Assembly (NCBI GenBank): GCA_043800255.1
Contig: JAZDNF010000009.1
Span: 60,813-124,812 of the forward strand
Origin: Candidatus Altiarchaeota archaeon
Lineage (GTDB): Archaea > Altiarchaeota > Altiarchaeia > IMC4 > SCGC-AAA252-I15
Reading direction: 5' to 3'
Length of the DNA stretch: 64,000 bases
The translations under genes and the position numbers were made by a program. The stretch's first letter is position 1, and each line of letters starts with the position of its first letter. A model generated the notes under the pieces. It saw only the letters and a program-made list of their open reading frames with translations, was not told the DNA's origin and searched no databases. Positions 63,182-64,000 of the stretch are shown here, piece after piece.

Positions 63182-64000
63182 TTATATTGTGCAGGGATTA
63201 TCTTCTAACGTATGAGAGTCTACCATACTTACTAATTTTTGAAATGCGCATAAACCCTTAGTAGTACAGTATGGATCATATATCACCTTAACGGGAGATA
63301 ATGATCTACATTCAATCTTCTCGTAACTTTGACCACAATCTAAATTAGTACGACAAGGGATTTCACCAGGTTCTCTTTCTATTGGTGATGCTACACCATC
63401 AGCTTTAGCAATCTCTTCAACATACCATTCTATGTCCTTAGAAGCCTGGGTTGCATAATAGGTTCCAGTTGTAATATGGTCTTGTATAAAATCATCACAG
63501 TATTCGTCCAATTCATACAAGGCTAAGTAAAGACCTGCTGAACCCTCTGTTAAATATTCATGCACCGTTGAATACTTCGCTGGAGCTTTCAGTTCCTTAA
63601 CTTTATCTGCTATCATGAGTGACCTACCAGACAAACCATTGGTCAGGATACCACCTTCAATTACTTTGCACATTTCTGTTCTGGTTATTCCGCCTGATGC
63701 ATAGGTAGTAAGAACTCCAACAGTACTGGTTGAAATACTGTTTATCTCATCTAAAAGGACACGAACGTTGTTTTTGTAAGTACTGGCTTCCTGTTCTAGA
63801 GTTAGACTGGTAGTCTGTTCCATCGTAGTTTGCCTTACAGTGTTGGTGTGGGTCGGAGTTGGATCATCTCTCCCAAGCAACGCAAATATTACCATAATCG
63901 CCATAATTATAAGACCTACTTTCAGCAGATTCTGAACCGATTGTGCAAAACTTATTCTCTTTTTTGGAGTCCCTAGTTTTTTAGATGGTTCAACATCTTC
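63182..64000 (-). CDS. Membrane-anchored extracellular protein with a Cys-rich C-terminus (5' end outside the window)
   Basis: Frame stays open to 64000; TM LLKVGLIIMAIMVIFALLG; CRTNLDCG...C...PYC...C. Confidence 0.7.
   Translation of the reverse strand, partial: EDVEPSKKLGTPKKRISFAQSVQNLLKVGLIIMAIMVIFALLGRDDPTPTHTNTVRQTTMEQTTSLTLEQEASTYKNNVRVLLDEINSISTSTVGVLTTYASGGITRTEMCKVIEGGILTNGLSGRSLMIADKVKELKAPAKYSTVHEYLTEGSAGLYLALYELDEYCDDFIQDHITTGTYYATQASKDIEWYVEEIAKADGVASPIEREPGEIPCRTNLDCGQSYEKIECRSLSPVKVIYDPYCTTKGLCAFQKLVSMVDSHTLEDNPCTI

Larger units (their letters stand above)
59600..64000. mobile_element. AT-rich genomic/defence island downstream of trm1 (right end outside the window)
   Basis: Abrupt visible drop in GC; defence-type genes; duplicated gene ends. 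Confidence 0.75.

Overview
Archaeal chromosomal window, roughly 50-55% GC by eye. Gene content and the DPANN-style pilin and orphan genes suggest a biosynthetically capable DPANN-related lineage such as Altiarchaeota; this is inference only. 1-5.2 kb: the conserved proteasome/exosome superoperon (psmA-SBDS-rrp4-rrp41-rrp42-rpl37ae-rpoP-pcc1-pfdB-thiI-like). 5-23 kb: housekeeping and cofactor genes (R15P isomerase, truncated Rqc2, HPS-RraA, Pth2, PurD-like, AroB', MptE, RsmA, PdxS/T, Ca-ATPase). 23-37 kb: a Tad/type IV pilus-like locus with very large class-III-signal-peptide proteins and a divergent FG-GAP membrane protein. 37-55 kb: an isoprenoid supercluster (fni, GGPPS, MVK, PMDh-L/S, AMPD-type UbiD, UbiX, IPK) that also holds a Thermoplasma-type mevalonate 3-kinase-like gene and interleaved pabB/pabC. 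56-64 kb: trm1, whose 3' end is duplicated around a nucleotidyltransferase gene pair, followed by an AT-rich island with a coupled Shedu-like nuclease and a Schlafen/AlbA_2 protein with an Ig-like tail, plus a second duplicated gene end flanking an inserted gene. No rRNA, tRNA or CRISPR array was recognised. All family calls come from motif recognition by eye, not from database searches.
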